DNA of 64,000 bases from positions 2,624,001-2,688,000 of the forward strand of contig OY970368.1 in the NCBI GenBank assembly GCA_963718615.1, given 5' to 3'. A program made the position numbers and the translations under genes. Positions 20,201 through 29,768 of the stretch are shown here, in pieces. The stretch comes from an uncultured cyanobacterium. GTDB taxonomy: Bacteria; Cyanobacteriota; Cyanobacteriia; PCC-9006; JAAUQQ01. The notes under the pieces are model-generated. The model saw only the letters and a program-made list of their open reading frames with translations, searched no databases and was not told the DNA's origin. Numbering within the stretch: position 1 is the first letter of the stretch; each line of letters begins with the position of its first letter.

Positions 20201-20923
20201 ACCACTGGCGGGCAGGGCGAGATCGGATCCAGGAGGCATGCCTTCGGTCTCCGCCGTTCCCAGGAATGTACCTGTATCCAAGGTCGCTTGAGTCAAAACA
20301 TAGTTGTAGGACCCCGTGGCGGTTGTGCCCGCTGACAAATCATCGGCTTGCCCATCCCCATCCAAATCGCTCAGTCCTATTAAGGGGACAATCACCGTGT
20401 CATTGGGGTCTGAAGGCAAGCCTAGGTCTCGTAGGGTGACATTAAATAGAGAGGTGTTACCGCTGTTGGTGACGGTATAGTTGTATTGCGTAATCTCACC
20501 CACATCCGGTCGCCCATTACCATTGGCATCCTGATAGGATTGGTTGTTATTTAAGGTTTTGGTAAGGTTGATCACCGAAGTTTGTGCCAGTGCTTCACTG
20601 TCACTAATGGGGCCGCTGCTAGCGGCATTTCCCCCTGCGGTACCGGTTACCTCAGTCGTCGTATCGACTTGCCCCAAATCAATGTCAGCGGCAGTTAGAA
20701 TATAGTCTACTTCTACGGTCGTCGACTGTCCCGGCGACAGCGTAGTCGCCACGGGAATGGGCGTACTCGAAAGCTTTGGATCGTTAATCGCAATGTCGCT
20801 AAGGGGCGCGGCGGCAGTATTAGTAATGGTTAGGGTATATTTGATGGTCTCACCAACATTGGCTAACCCATTACTATTCTCATCCAGCAAATTACTGATT
20901 TTTGTTAAGGTAATTCCAGCCAT
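17246..20923 (-). CDS. Large surface protein: 8 DUF11/DUF7507-like Ig repeats + C-terminal RTX repeats (likely T1SS substrate)
   Basis: Repeated ..KT...Y.FTNTG.VTL...D...TQADIDAGSLTN.VT units; GGxGxD nonapeptides; no signal peptide. Confidence 0.85.
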   Translation of the reverse strand: MAGITLTKISNLLDENSNGLANVGETIKYTLTITNTAAAPLSDIAINDPKLSSTPIPVATTLSPGQSTTVEVDYILTAADIDLGQVDTTTEVTGTAGGNAASSGPISDSEALAQTSVINLTKTLNNNQSYQDANGNGRPDVGEITQYNYTVTNSGNTSLFNVTLRDLGLPSDPNDTVIVPLIGLSDLDGDGQADDLSAGTTATGSYNYVLTQATLDTGTFLGTAETEGMPPGSDLALPASGSVLVNLPQRPNFEIVKTAGTLRDAADGGEFTDLDGNGIDAGDLVNYRYTFTNTGNVTLNTVTLVDDNGTPGDTSDDVAIALDQTTLLPGETATGSYQQVLTQATIDTGTLTNIVTGTAKDPKNRQLAPQQDTETVAIAGEAAFTLLKTAGTVPDAADAGEFTDVDGNGIDAGDWVNYSYAFTNMGAVTLSNVALIDDNGTPADTSDDVTIVLDQTTLAPGEMATGTYQRELTQADIDAGSLTNIVTGTAEDPNDDPLPPKTDEETVVVEGTPAFTLLKTAGTVPDAADAGEFTDVDGNGIDAGDLVNYSYTFTNTGAVTLSNVALIDDNGTPTDTSDDVTIVLDQTTLAPGESATGTYQRELTQADIDAGSLTNIVTGTAEDPNGNPLLPQTDEETVSIVGTPDFAIAKTAGTVKDAADPGEFTDVDGNGIDAGDLVNYSYTFTNTGSVTLNNVELVDDNGTPADTSDDVVVTLDKTTLTPGEVATGTYQHELTQADIDAGSLTNIVTGTAEDPDGNVLTPKTDEETVTLAKPPAIELVKTAGAITDTNHDCFVAAGDEVTYTYVVTNSGPVDLFNLVLTDDNGTPADPLDDFEVRLTTGLSDLDGDGAVDDLASGGSANGTYVKTLSQADFDGGTFTNIGTVTGEGPQGQPVEATDPETIDLSTAGAAILLEKNGHLDVGADCVVTPGDVVTFTFKVTNSGARGFDGVAIADNIPGLSPIQWQSALPLNPGESRWGTATYAITAEDIAWGRVVNVATVYGNVIGNDLGDRSDDLVDIDNTWIEFPQDLIPANAGDAVPLIAGDASANTLVGTATADTIAGGFGDDKILGGDGDDILRGDENQSLPGGPTGGDDFIDGGAGNDRIGGKGGNDTLLGGVGDDLIWGGLGDDILRGGAGNDQLTGGTGSDPDGQDLFILAAGEGFDWITDFEVGTDHIGLANGLTLGQLTLVQSNGDTLIRLGQENLALLQGVTATGLGASDFLTL
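18602..20173. repeat. Four 393-bp intragenic tandem repeats
   Basis: Equivalent positions recur at 18888, 19281, 19674 and 20067; the central copies are nearly identical in DNA. Confidence 0.92.
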
Positions 20924-21377
20924 TACTTACACTTTTCCTGCTAAAAATAGCATGAGACAACACAAAAATTGCAGGCCAATCGGGCACGAGTAAACTTCGT
21001 GGAAATGCCGGGGCGATCGCAAGCTAACGATAAACACAAGGCCACGCTTAGGCCAGGTTATCGATAGCCTTTAGGGAATGAAGCTGCCAATGATGCGCAC
21101 AAACGGTTTGCTCGGAGTAGGTTCAACCGAGACCTCAAAAACTAAACGAATTTGAACAGATGTGTAGATGACTTGTCGTCGCCTGACGATTGCTTTGATT
21201 TAGGGTTATGCCACTCTTTTTAGCGAGCCATCCCCTCATCCACTCCCTGATGATGATCTGTGGTTTGAAAGCACCCGAGGGAGCAGACCAATTGCGGTTT
21301 AAACAATCTTTACATGAACAAAACGATAGCGATAGCGATCCATAGAAGAAAACTAACACAGAAGAAAAACAGATGTG

Positions 21378-21392
21378 TTCCGTGATACTACG
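21378..21392. promoter_or_regulatory. Candidate operator TTCCGTGATACTACG upstream of the repeat adhesin
   Basis: 14/15 identical to 42326-42340; quasi-palindromic CGT-N6-ACG. Confidence 0.4.
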
Positions 21393-21725
21393 TTATTACA
21401 GCAGTATGCAGTGCAAAAAAGAGCGGCGGATCAGGCATTGTGTTCTGACGGCAAGTCTTGTTAGAGGCGTGGGACCTTCATGAAAATTTAATGATTGATG
21501 GGATGAATTTGTCGCTAAATCTCGAAATGTTACAAAATGAGTCGCAGATTTCTGGAGCGAGAAGAAAACAGGAGTGAACCTCTTTACAAAAAGGAACGAA
21601 AGGATCAGACTGTAATAAATTTTAAAGACTTAATCCTTGTAAACCTAAAATGTTCTTAAAATTTTCTCGAAGACATCGACGGCTGCTCAATCTACCGATA
21701 TTTTTGTGGTTATCACTCAATTCAA

Positions 21726-24248
21726 ATGCCAATTTTTTATCCCAACTCCCATGGAACAGATCTAGAAGGCTTGCTCGGGCCAGCTTTAGTTGCAACTCCT
21801 GGCACCCAGATTCAGACAGTTATTCAGAAGATGAGTCGATTAAGGAACAGCCACTATTCAACGATTTCAGTGCCGTCTAGTTGTGCGCTCATTGTGCGAC
21901 AAGGTCGTTTCCTAGGACTATTTACAGAACAGGATCTGTTGGATTTGGTTAATGCGGGGCGATCGCTTCAAAAGCTTCGTATCAAATCTGTCATGGTTCA
22001 AACAGTCGCAACGCTTTTAATCGATGATGAGCCCGATCTGCAAGAGGTTATGGCTCTCCTGCTCCAAGCCCATGGTCAATGTTTGCCAGTGCTTAATCGT
22101 GCAGGTGAATTGCAAGGTATCATTACGGTGAAAAGTCTGCTGGAGTACCTCAGTCACCAGTGTTCAAGGGCTGAAGACGTACTTCCAGTCATTGCTCAAT
22201 CCCGCTTAGCACCAGGGGTACAACAGCTAGCAGAACGAGAACAAGAAGGAGAACAACTATTACGGCAAATTGGACAACGAATCTATCAATCTTTTCAGGT
22301 TGAAGAGATCCAAGAGGTGGTGGTTCAAGAACTGCGCAGAATTCTTCAAGCCGATCGCGTGGTGATTTTCCAACTGAGGTTTGACCATGTAGGGGTAATT
22401 ATCCATGAATCCGCAGATGTTAATTATCCTATTCCTGAATCATTGTATTGGGAAGAGGAGCACTTCTCAGCAGACTGCTACGCATTTTATCTCACTCGCC
22501 AGCCTCGTATTGTTCTTGATATTGAACAGGACATTTGGTCCGGCTGTATAGCAGAGTTTATGCAAGCAGCCCAAGTCCAATCTAAAATCGTTGCTCCCAT
22601 TGTCCAAACGCTCACAGACGGACAAGAGCGAATCTGGGGATTGATTAGTGTTCATGCCTGTCGTGAGCATCGTCAATGGAAAACTCATGAAGCTAAGTTT
22701 TGTCAGGAAGTTGCTAATCAATTAGCCTTATCCATTAAGCAAGCTGCTCTTTATCAACAGCTTGAGCAGGAATTACGCGATCGAATTCAAGAAGTCGAGC
22801 GTCGTAAACAGGCAGAAAAAGCATTAGACTATCAGCTACAACAGAAAAATATTCTGCGGCAGATTACTAGCCAAATTCGTCGCAGCCTCGATCCAGATAG
22901 AATCTTTAAAACAACTATAATTATAACTCGTCGAATTCTTCAGGTGGATCGAGTTTGTATTTTTCGTTTTACCCCTAAATCTTCTTGTACAGAAGGATTA
23001 TTCGTTGCCGAAGAAGTTGACTCTACCTTTTGTCCCATGCTGGGAGTGACGCTTCACGAAGCTTGCTTTGGTCAAGACTGGAGTGCTCAGTATGTTCGAG
23101 GAAAGTTCGCTGTTGTGGATGATATCTATCATGCAGATTTAACAGATTGCCATGTTCAATTTTTAGCGCAGATGGAAATCCGCGCGGCTGTAATTCTTCC
23201 TATTATTGTAGGAGCCAATCTTTGGGGATTTTTCTGTTTGCACCAATGCTCAGCTCCACGACATTGGGAGAATCACGAAATTCAATTTTCTCGAAGAATC
23301 GCGACACAATTAAGCGTTGCCTTACAGCAAGCAGAACTGCTAGCCCATGAGCGAGAAACTAGTGAGGCGCTGACTCGAAAAAACTTTGAAATTGAACAAG
23401 CCAAACGTCAAGCTGAAGAGGCTAATCAAGCAAAAAGTGAGTTCTTGGCCAATATGAGCCATGAATTGCGTACGCCACTCAATGCCATTTTGGGTTTTAG
23501 TCAACTGCTTCAGAAAGAAGCAGATATTTCAGACGTGCATAAAGAGATGCTGAATACCATTAATCGAAGTGGCACGCATTTGCTCACTCTGATCAATGAC
23601 ATTCTAGAAATGTCAAAAATTGAAGCGGGTCAGGCAATCCTGAATCCACAAGATTTTGATCTTTTTGAGTTACTCAATACGCTATATTCTATGTTTAGGT
23701 TTAGGGCAGAGTCTCAGGGATTAGACTTGGAATTTGTCTCTGCTCCCCAGCTCCCACAATACCTCCAAACGGATGAAGGTAAGCTTCGACAAATTCTGAT
23801 TAATCTTCTCGGTAACGCCATCAAGTTTACCCAACAGGGACAGATCATCCTGACGATTGAGGTCAATGCTCAAACACCTGCGTTTTCTGTTTCTGACCAA
23901 AACCTAGAAATCGATTGTCTATGGCTCCGATTTAGCATCACAGATAGTGGTCCAGGGATTGAACCGAGCAACTTTGCGGATTTGTTTAATCCCTTTGTAC
24001 AAACTGCCGTTGGCAAACGAGCCCAGGAAGGAACTGGCTTAGGCTTAGCCATTAGCTATCAGTTTGCTCGGATCCTGGGTGGGAGGCTCTTTGTTGAAAG
24101 CGAACTAGGAGTCGGAAGTACTTTTACCTTAGAGATTCCGGTGCGGCTTGCTGAGCCGTTGGAAGCATCATCCCATAATCCCTATCATCAAGTCCTGCGT
24201 CTTGCAGAGGGGCAACCTACTTATCGCATTTTGGTTGTGGATGATTGA
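21726..24248 (+). CDS. Hybrid sensor kinase, 5' part (CBS-GAF-GAF-HisKA-HATPase), truncated by IS3
   Basis: [15 protein letters not shown]-box, N and G boxes; ends ILVVDD* at the IS junction. Confidence 0.9.
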   Translation: MPIFYPNSHGTDLEGLLGPALVATPGTQIQTVIQKMSRLRNSHYSTISVPSSCALIVRQGRFLGLFTEQDLLDLVNAGRSLQKLRIKSVMVQTVATLLIDDEPDLQEVMALLLQAHGQCLPVLNRAGELQGIITVKSLLEYLSHQCSRAEDVLPVIAQSRLAPGVQQLAEREQEGEQLLRQIGQRIYQSFQVEEIQEVVVQELRRILQADRVVIFQLRFDHVGVIIHESADVNYPIPESLYWEEEHFSADCYAFYLTRQPRIVLDIEQDIWSGCIAEFMQAAQVQSKIVAPIVQTLTDGQERIWGLISVHACREHRQWKTHEAKFCQEVANQLALSIKQAALYQQLEQELRDRIQEVERRKQAEKALDYQLQQKNILRQITSQIRRSLDPDRIFKTTIIITRRILQVDRVCIFRFTPKSSCTEGLFVAEEVDSTFCPMLGVTLHEACFGQDWSAQYVRGKFAVVDDIYHADLTDCHVQFLAQMEIRAAVILPIIVGANLWGFFCLHQCSAPRHWENHEIQFSRRIATQLSVALQQAELLAHERETSEALTRKNFEIEQAKRQAEEANQAKSEFLANMSHELRTPLNAILGFSQLLQKEADISDVHKEMLNTINRSGTHLLTLINDILEMSKIEAGQAILNPQDFDLFELLNTLYSMFRFRAESQGLDLEFVSAPQLPQYLQTDEGKLRQILINLLGNAIKFTQQGQIILTIEVNAQTPAFSVSDQNLEIDCLWLRFSITDSGPGIEPSNFADLFNPFVQTAVGKRAQEGTGLGLAISYQFARILGGRLFVESELGVGSTFTLEIPVRLAEPLEASSHNPYHQVLRLAEGQPTYRILVVDD

Positions 24249-24319
24249 GGTGGACCCAATCGACTGAACAGATTTAACAGGAGACTAAGCTCTGAATTCT
24301 CCCCGGATTGGACCTCTAT

Positions 24320-25195
24320 TCAGCGACTGCTCTCAGCTGCACCGTCAAAGTAAATCTCATCCGGTGTTTTGTAATCCAACGACTGATGCAATCTCAACTG
24401 ATTATACCAGCTAAACCATTTCTTCACCTCCTGATTTAAGTGATTCCCATCCTCAAAACTCTTCAGATAAATCAGCTCGTACTTCAGCGATCGCCACAGC
24501 CTTTCAATGAAGATGTTGTCATGACACCTTCCCCGTCCATCCATGCTCACCTGGGCTCCGGCTGTTCTCAACCTCTCGGTAAACACCTTCGCCGTGAACT
24601 GAGACCCCTGATCTGAATTGAAGATATCAGGACATCCATATTCCTCCAACGCTTCCTCCAATGCATCCAAACAGAACTGCACATCCATCGTGTTCGAGAT
24701 TCGCCAGCTCAGCACCTTACGGCTGTACCAGTCCATAATCGCCACCAGATAGAAATGCCCCTTCAGCACCGGCAGATAGGTGATGTCCGTGCTCCAGACC
24801 TGGTTTACCTTATCAATCGCCACACCCCTCAGCAGATAGGGATATATCTTGTGCTCCGGGTTTGCCACAGTCAGCTTCGGCTTCGGATACAGCGTTTGTA
24901 GACCCAGCTTTCGCATCAACCGCTGCACTCGCTTGCGATTCACATCATGACCCTCTCTCTTCAACTGAGCCGTCATCCGACGAGAGCCATAGAACGGCAT
25001 CTCCAGATACAGCTCATCCAAGCGACGCAGCAGTTCTAGCTCAGAGTCACTCACTGCTTTGGCACGGTAGTACAAGCTCGAACGGCTGATGCCCAGTAGC
25101 TGACATTGACGCACCAGGCTCAACTCCTCGTGCTCTCGCTCTACCAGGGCTTTTCGCTGCTCAACCCCAGTTTGGCTGAGCACTCCGCTAAAAAA
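24320..25195 (-). CDS. IS3 transposase OrfB (DDE integrase core)
   Basis: WSTDITY, NSDQGSQF, DNIFIERLWRSLKYE; entered by -1 frameshift at T-TTT-TTA (25189-25195). Confidence 0.93.
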   Translation of the reverse strand, partial: FFSGVLSQTGVEQRKALVEREHEELSLVRQCQLLGISRSSLYYRAKAVSDSELELLRRLDELYLEMPFYGSRRMTAQLKREGHDVNRKRVQRLMRKLGLQTLYPKPKLTVANPEHKIYPYLLRGVAIDKVNQVWSTDITYLPVLKGHFYLVAIMDWYSRKVLSWRISNTMDVQFCLDALEEALEEYGCPDIFNSDQGSQFTAKVFTERLRTAGAQVSMDGRGRCHDNIFIERLWRSLKYELIYLKSFEDGNHLNQEVKKWFSWYNQLRLHQSLDYKTPDEIYFDGAAESSR

Positions 25196-25464
25196 TCCCG
25201 TTCCACCTTCAGCTTGCCGATTTGCCGATACAGCTCGTTGATTTCTGCCTGTTTATTCGCTTCCTCCTTTCCTCTATCAGATGTCTGGCCTGAATCAAAG
25301 ACGCTGCTTGCCCCTTCCAAGAGCTGCCTCTTCCACTGATGGATCAGCGTTGGATGCACATTGTGTTGGCTCGCCAGTTCCGGCACCGTCTTTGCCCCTT
25401 GCAAGGCTTCCAAGGCGATTCTCGATTTGAACTGGGCGCTGTACTGTCGGCGTTTCTTGCTCAT
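25141..25464 (-). CDS. IS3 transposase OrfA (HTH)
   Basis: RRQYSAQFKSRIALEAL...LYRQIGKLKVERDFL. Confidence 0.93.
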   Translation of the reverse strand: MSKKRRQYSAQFKSRIALEALQGAKTVPELASQHNVHPTLIHQWKRQLLEGASSVFDSGQTSDRGKEEANKQAEINELYRQIGKLKVERDFLAECSAKLGLSSEKPW

Positions 25465-25534
25465 CTTCTACTCCTATCATTTTTCGTGGAGTTTCAGAGC
25501 TTAACCCCCTGTCCAGTTTTTGGGGTCCACTATA

Positions 25535-26194
25535 GATAACTTAGAGAATCGTAAGCTCCTAGGCCGATTGATGCAATCTGCTGGATTTGAGGTCCAACTT
25601 GCTATCAATGGTCTAGAGGCGATCGCCCTCAGCCGAACCTGGAATCCTCATCTGATTTGGATGGATCTGCGAATGCCTGAGATGGATGGCCTAGAAGCCA
25701 CGCGCCAAATTAAATTGCACCAACCCAACATCCCCATTATTGCGCTCACGGCTCAAGCCTTTGCCAAAGATCAGATTGCAGCGACAACAGCCGGTTGTGA
25801 TGGTTTTATTCTCAAGCCTTTTCATCCATCAGTCCTGTGGGAATGCCTAGCCCAACAGCTTTCGGTTCAGTATGTTTACACAGAGGACAGGACGGAAACT
25901 AACGTTGCGGCGACCGATGCTGCATTGGCAAGGAAAAGGGGAGAGGGACGATCGCTTCATCTCACTCTGACGCCGGATATTCTACAATCGCTATCCCAAA
26001 CTTGGCTTCAGCGGCTTTACAAGGCTGCGCTAGCACTTGATAGCGTTACCCTCAGACAACTCATGAGCGAACTACCCGAATCTCAGCTCACCTTAAAACA
26101 GGAATTAGAGCAGATTATCCGTAAGTTTCGTTATGATCTCATCTTGCAATCCCTCCGGGATGTGGGCGTCATGGAATCAAACCCACCAACGTGA
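25535..26194 (+). pseudogene. 3' remnant (receiver domain + helical tail) of the IS-split hybrid kinase
   Basis: Removing the IS and one GAT restores ILVVDDNLENRKLL...IWMDLRMPEMDG...KP. Confidence 0.9.
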
Positions 26195-27332
26195 AATAAA
26201 TCGAACTTCCCTGGTTTAGCTGAGATTCTGCCCAAATCTTTCCCCCATGATATTCGATAATTTTTTGGCAAGTTGCCAAACCAATACCATGGCCTGGATA
26301 GTCTGTTTTGTCTTGAAATCGACGAAACATTTCGAACACTGCACTGCACTGGTGGGGGGTCATACCTAGGCCATTATCATGAACTCCAATTTTCCACAGG
26401 ACTCGAAACTCTTTCGCGATAAGATTCGACGATTGCACCTCTAGGGAATTTATACCAGTGGCGATAAGCTGCGTATATTGAGCTGTGATTCGAATCAACG
26501 GTGTCTTGCCCTTGTGGCGGAACTTAATTGCATTGTCGATCAAGTTTTGGATAAGGTTGAGCAAGAGCCAAGGATTTCCCAATACGATCGGCAAGTGCCC
26601 CTCCCATTCAACCTGAGCGTCTGTTTTAGCCACCTCCGCAGTCAGATTCTCCAAACTCTGCTCGATCAGCTTTTGAATATCCACAATCTCAAAACAATCT
26701 TCCTGAACGCCTGCTAAGGCATAGTTCAGTAATCCCTGCATCAATCGGTGCATTGACTGCGCAGATTTTGCAATGTTTTGAAGATGACGCTTCGTTAACT
26801 TGTCCGCTGAATTTCCATATTTACGCTCCAGAATTTCACCGGAGATCAGCAAACTTTGCAGTGGCTGCTTGAGGTCATGGGAGACCGCTGCGCAAAACTG
26901 CTCTAAACGACGGTTGGAAAGTTCCAAGGCTTGATTTTGGGCTTCAATCTTCTGATGCTGGCGTTGAAGGGTAAGCTGTAGCTCTACCCGAGCCATCATT
27001 TCTTCAATTTGAAACGGTTTAGTGACATAATCCACTGCTCCCCGTTCAAAAGCCTGGAGCTTTTCTGGGGTATCCCCTAGGGCACTAACAAAGATAATGG
27101 GAATCTTGCTTAAATCCGGGTCAGCCTTAAAGGCTTGACAGACGGTATAACCATCCATTTCTGGCATATCCACATCCAGCAAAACTAAATCTGGATGTCT
27201 GGCTTTCGCACCGTTGAACGCTAGTATGCCGTTAATTGCACTTCTAACCTGATAGCCCTGAGACTGTAAAGCTTTTTCAAGCAAGGTCAAATTCTCGGGC
27301 CTATCATCAACCAGTAGGATATCTCCCTTCAT
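26169..27332 (-). CDS. Receiver-histidine kinase hybrid (REC-HisKA-HATPase)
   Basis: ILLVDD, LLDVDMP, SHDLKQPL, NAIKF, GHGIGL. Confidence 0.9.
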   Translation of the reverse strand: MKGDILLVDDRPENLTLLEKALQSQGYQVRSAINGILAFNGAKARHPDLVLLDVDMPEMDGYTVCQAFKADPDLSKIPIIFVSALGDTPEKLQAFERGAVDYVTKPFQIEEMMARVELQLTLQRQHQKIEAQNQALELSNRRLEQFCAAVSHDLKQPLQSLLISGEILERKYGNSADKLTKRHLQNIAKSAQSMHRLMQGLLNYALAGVQEDCFEIVDIQKLIEQSLENLTAEVAKTDAQVEWEGHLPIVLGNPWLLLNLIQNLIDNAIKFRHKGKTPLIRITAQYTQLIATGINSLEVQSSNLIAKEFRVLWKIGVHDNGLGMTPHQCSAVFEMFRRFQDKTDYPGHGIGLATCQKIIEYHGGKIWAESQLNQGSSIYFTLVGLIP

Positions 27333-27551
27333 AGGCTGCAAAGAAGTCAAGCTTCTTGGCGTGACAATACATTCCTGTAGGAGTCTCTAACTCTTGATAG
27401 ACGATCAACAGGTTAGAGGACTATATTTACTACAGCGATTAAACTCGTTATAATGCATTATCCCTAAGGTTGTTATTATCTTAACATCTGACCCTCTTCT
27501 ATCCTGAGGCGCTTTACAATCCGTAAAGTGTCAAGACGGAAAAACAAACCA

Positions 27552-29513
27552 TTACGCAACCGTCATACTTCGAGGTAAAGATGTACTCGATGCGTGGGGT
27601 GCCTGGTGCTGTGAGGCAGGGGAATGCTGTTCTGCCAGCCGTTTTTCTAGATCCTGGGCTGTCAGAGGTTTTGAAAAGAGATAGCCTTGGCCCAAATCGC
27701 AATTGAGCTGTGTGAGCTGTTCTGCGATCGCCTCAGATTCAATCCCTTCCGCAACCACATCCATAGCCAGATCATGGGCTAAGTTGATCGTCGCTTGAAT
27801 AATCCGAACTTCATTACGGAGCTGATGCCCTTTAACCGGTGAGTTGGATTTAGCAGGGGAATCCAAGGCCATGATGAACGATCGATCGATTTTAAGTGTA
27901 TCCACCGGAAAACGATGTAAATAGCTTAAAGACGAGTATCCTGTCCCAAAGTCATCGATCGCCAGTTGAATATCGCGAGCCTTAAGCGCTTCCAAAACTG
28001 CCATTGCCGAATCCGCCTGATCCATAATTGCGGTTTCCGTAATTTCGAGTTTCAAGAATTGACTGTTTAATCCCGTACTATTCAAAATCTGGTCAATCTG
28101 TTCGATTAAATCGGGCTGGGAAAACTGCTTCACCGATAAATTCACACTTACTTTCCAGGGAATCTGGTCCACCATTCCCGGGATCGAAGAGTTCAGATTG
28201 GGAAAAAACTGCTGCTGCCAAGCTTTGATCTGGCGACAGGCTTCCTGCAAAGTCCACAGCCCAATGGGCAAGATCAACCCCGTATCTTCGGCAACGGGAA
28301 TAAAATCCGCTGGTGAAATAAATCCTTCCGTCGGGTGAATCCAGCGGATCAGGGCCTCAAATCCGACAATCTTCCGCGTTGGGAGTGAAACAATGGGTTG
28401 ATAGACGAGGGAAAATTCCTGAAGTTCTAGGGCACGCCGTAGATGGCTTTCGAGCTTGAGGCGATGAACCACCTGCTGTCGCATGGTGGAGGTAAAAATT
28501 TGGTATTGCGATCGCCCCAAGGCCTTCGCCCGATACATTGCCGTATCCGCATCGCGCAAAATATCAATGGCATGTTCGTAATTGCCTTCAACAATGACAA
28601 TGCCCATGCTGACACTAACAAACAGCTCATACTGTTCAACCCAAAAGGACTCTGTTAATTTTTTCTCTAGGGTTTGGGCCAGTTGAATTACAGCCGTATT
28701 GTTACGGATTTGAGGAAGTAAGATGACAAATTCATCTTCCCCTTGGCGAGCCAGCAAGGCATCTTCCGGTAAACAGGCTAGAAGACGCTGGGCGATCGCC
28801 CCCAATAGCTGATCACCCGCATCATGCCCCAAGGAGTCATTCACCACTTTAAAGTGGTCACAGTCCAAAAATAACAGGGCAAAAGGATTTGGGTTGGTTG
28901 TTTTGAATTGATCAAGCCGGGTCTCTAAGGTTTGTAGTAAATAATTTCGATTGGGTAATTCAGTCAGCGGATCATGAAATGCAAGATGACGAAGCTGATG
29001 TTCTGCTTGTTTACGGCGTATGATTTCTTGCGTCAGTTTTTTCTTAGACCAATTGAGTTGAGCCGTACGATTGCTCACCCGAGCTTCTAACTCGGCATTC
29101 AGCTTCTGAACTTCGGCTCTAGACTGCTTTAAGGCTAGCTGTAGCTCAATCCGAGCGATCACCTCATCGCCATTGAAGGGTTTTTCCACATAGTCCGCCG
29201 CTCCCAAACTAAAAGCTTTGAGTTTATCCACAGGTTGGTTAAATGCACTGACAAAGATAATGGGGATCTCTGCGGTGTCGGGATTTTCTTTGATTTTTTG
29301 GCAAACATCATACCCGGAAAATTCCGGCATGTTAATATCCAGCAAAATCAGATCTGGACGAATAACTTCCAGGGCAGTGAGTGCGAGTAATCCATTAATA
29401 GAAAGACGAATATCGTAGTCCTTCTTTTTCAAGAGCTCAGATAACACACTGAGATTGTTAGGATTGTCGTCAACGATGAGAATACAGGGAGTGAAATTGG
29501 CAAGGTGGGTCAT
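27552..29513 (-). CDS. REC-GGDEF-EAL response regulator (c-di-GMP phosphodiesterase; GEDEF variant)
   Basis: REC; HDPLTELPNR; ARQGEDEF; GFEALIRW; DDFGTGYSS. Confidence 0.92.
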   Translation of the reverse strand: MTHLANFTPCILIVDDNPNNLSVLSELLKKKDYDIRLSINGLLALTALEVIRPDLILLDINMPEFSGYDVCQKIKENPDTAEIPIIFVSAFNQPVDKLKAFSLGAADYVEKPFNGDEVIARIELQLALKQSRAEVQKLNAELEARVSNRTAQLNWSKKKLTQEIIRRKQAEHQLRHLAFHDPLTELPNRNYLLQTLETRLDQFKTTNPNPFALLFLDCDHFKVVNDSLGHDAGDQLLGAIAQRLLACLPEDALLARQGEDEFVILLPQIRNNTAVIQLAQTLEKKLTESFWVEQYELFVSVSMGIVIVEGNYEHAIDILRDADTAMYRAKALGRSQYQIFTSTMRQQVVHRLKLESHLRRALELQEFSLVYQPIVSLPTRKIVGFEALIRWIHPTEGFISPADFIPVAEDTGLILPIGLWTLQEACRQIKAWQQQFFPNLNSSIPGMVDQIPWKVSVNLSVKQFSQPDLIEQIDQILNSTGLNSQFLKLEITETAIMDQADSAMAVLEALKARDIQLAIDDFGTGYSSLSYLHRFPVDTLKIDRSFIMALDSPAKSNSPVKGHQLRNEVRIIQATINLAHDLAMDVVAEGIESEAIAEQLTQLNCDLGQGYLFSKPLTAQDLEKRLAEQHSPASQHQAPHASSTSLPRSMTVA

Positions 29514-29768
29514 TTTTATGCATCGTTAGAGAAATGAAGACAAAAAGCCTAAACACTACTCATGGGAATTGCTTTGCTTTTCTTTAGATGTCTTAATTAA
29601 TTCTATATATCTCTATACAAACATGAGGTTTTCTTCAATGACTAGGTGACTTGTGCGGAGATCGGGGCTCCGCAGATTTCCGGATAGATAGACCCTGCCG
29701 TTTCCCGCGACATTTCCCGATAAAATTTTACCGACCTCGAATCCCTGCACACTTACGTCTGGGTTTAC

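Larger units (their letters stand above)
24246..25534 (-). mobile_element. IS3-family insertion sequence, 1289 bp
   Basis: 26-bp imperfect IRs (tgaggtggacccaatcgactgaacag / tatagtggaccccaaaaactggacag, 18/26) and a 3-bp target duplication GAT (24243-24245, 25535-25537). Confidence 0.95.
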
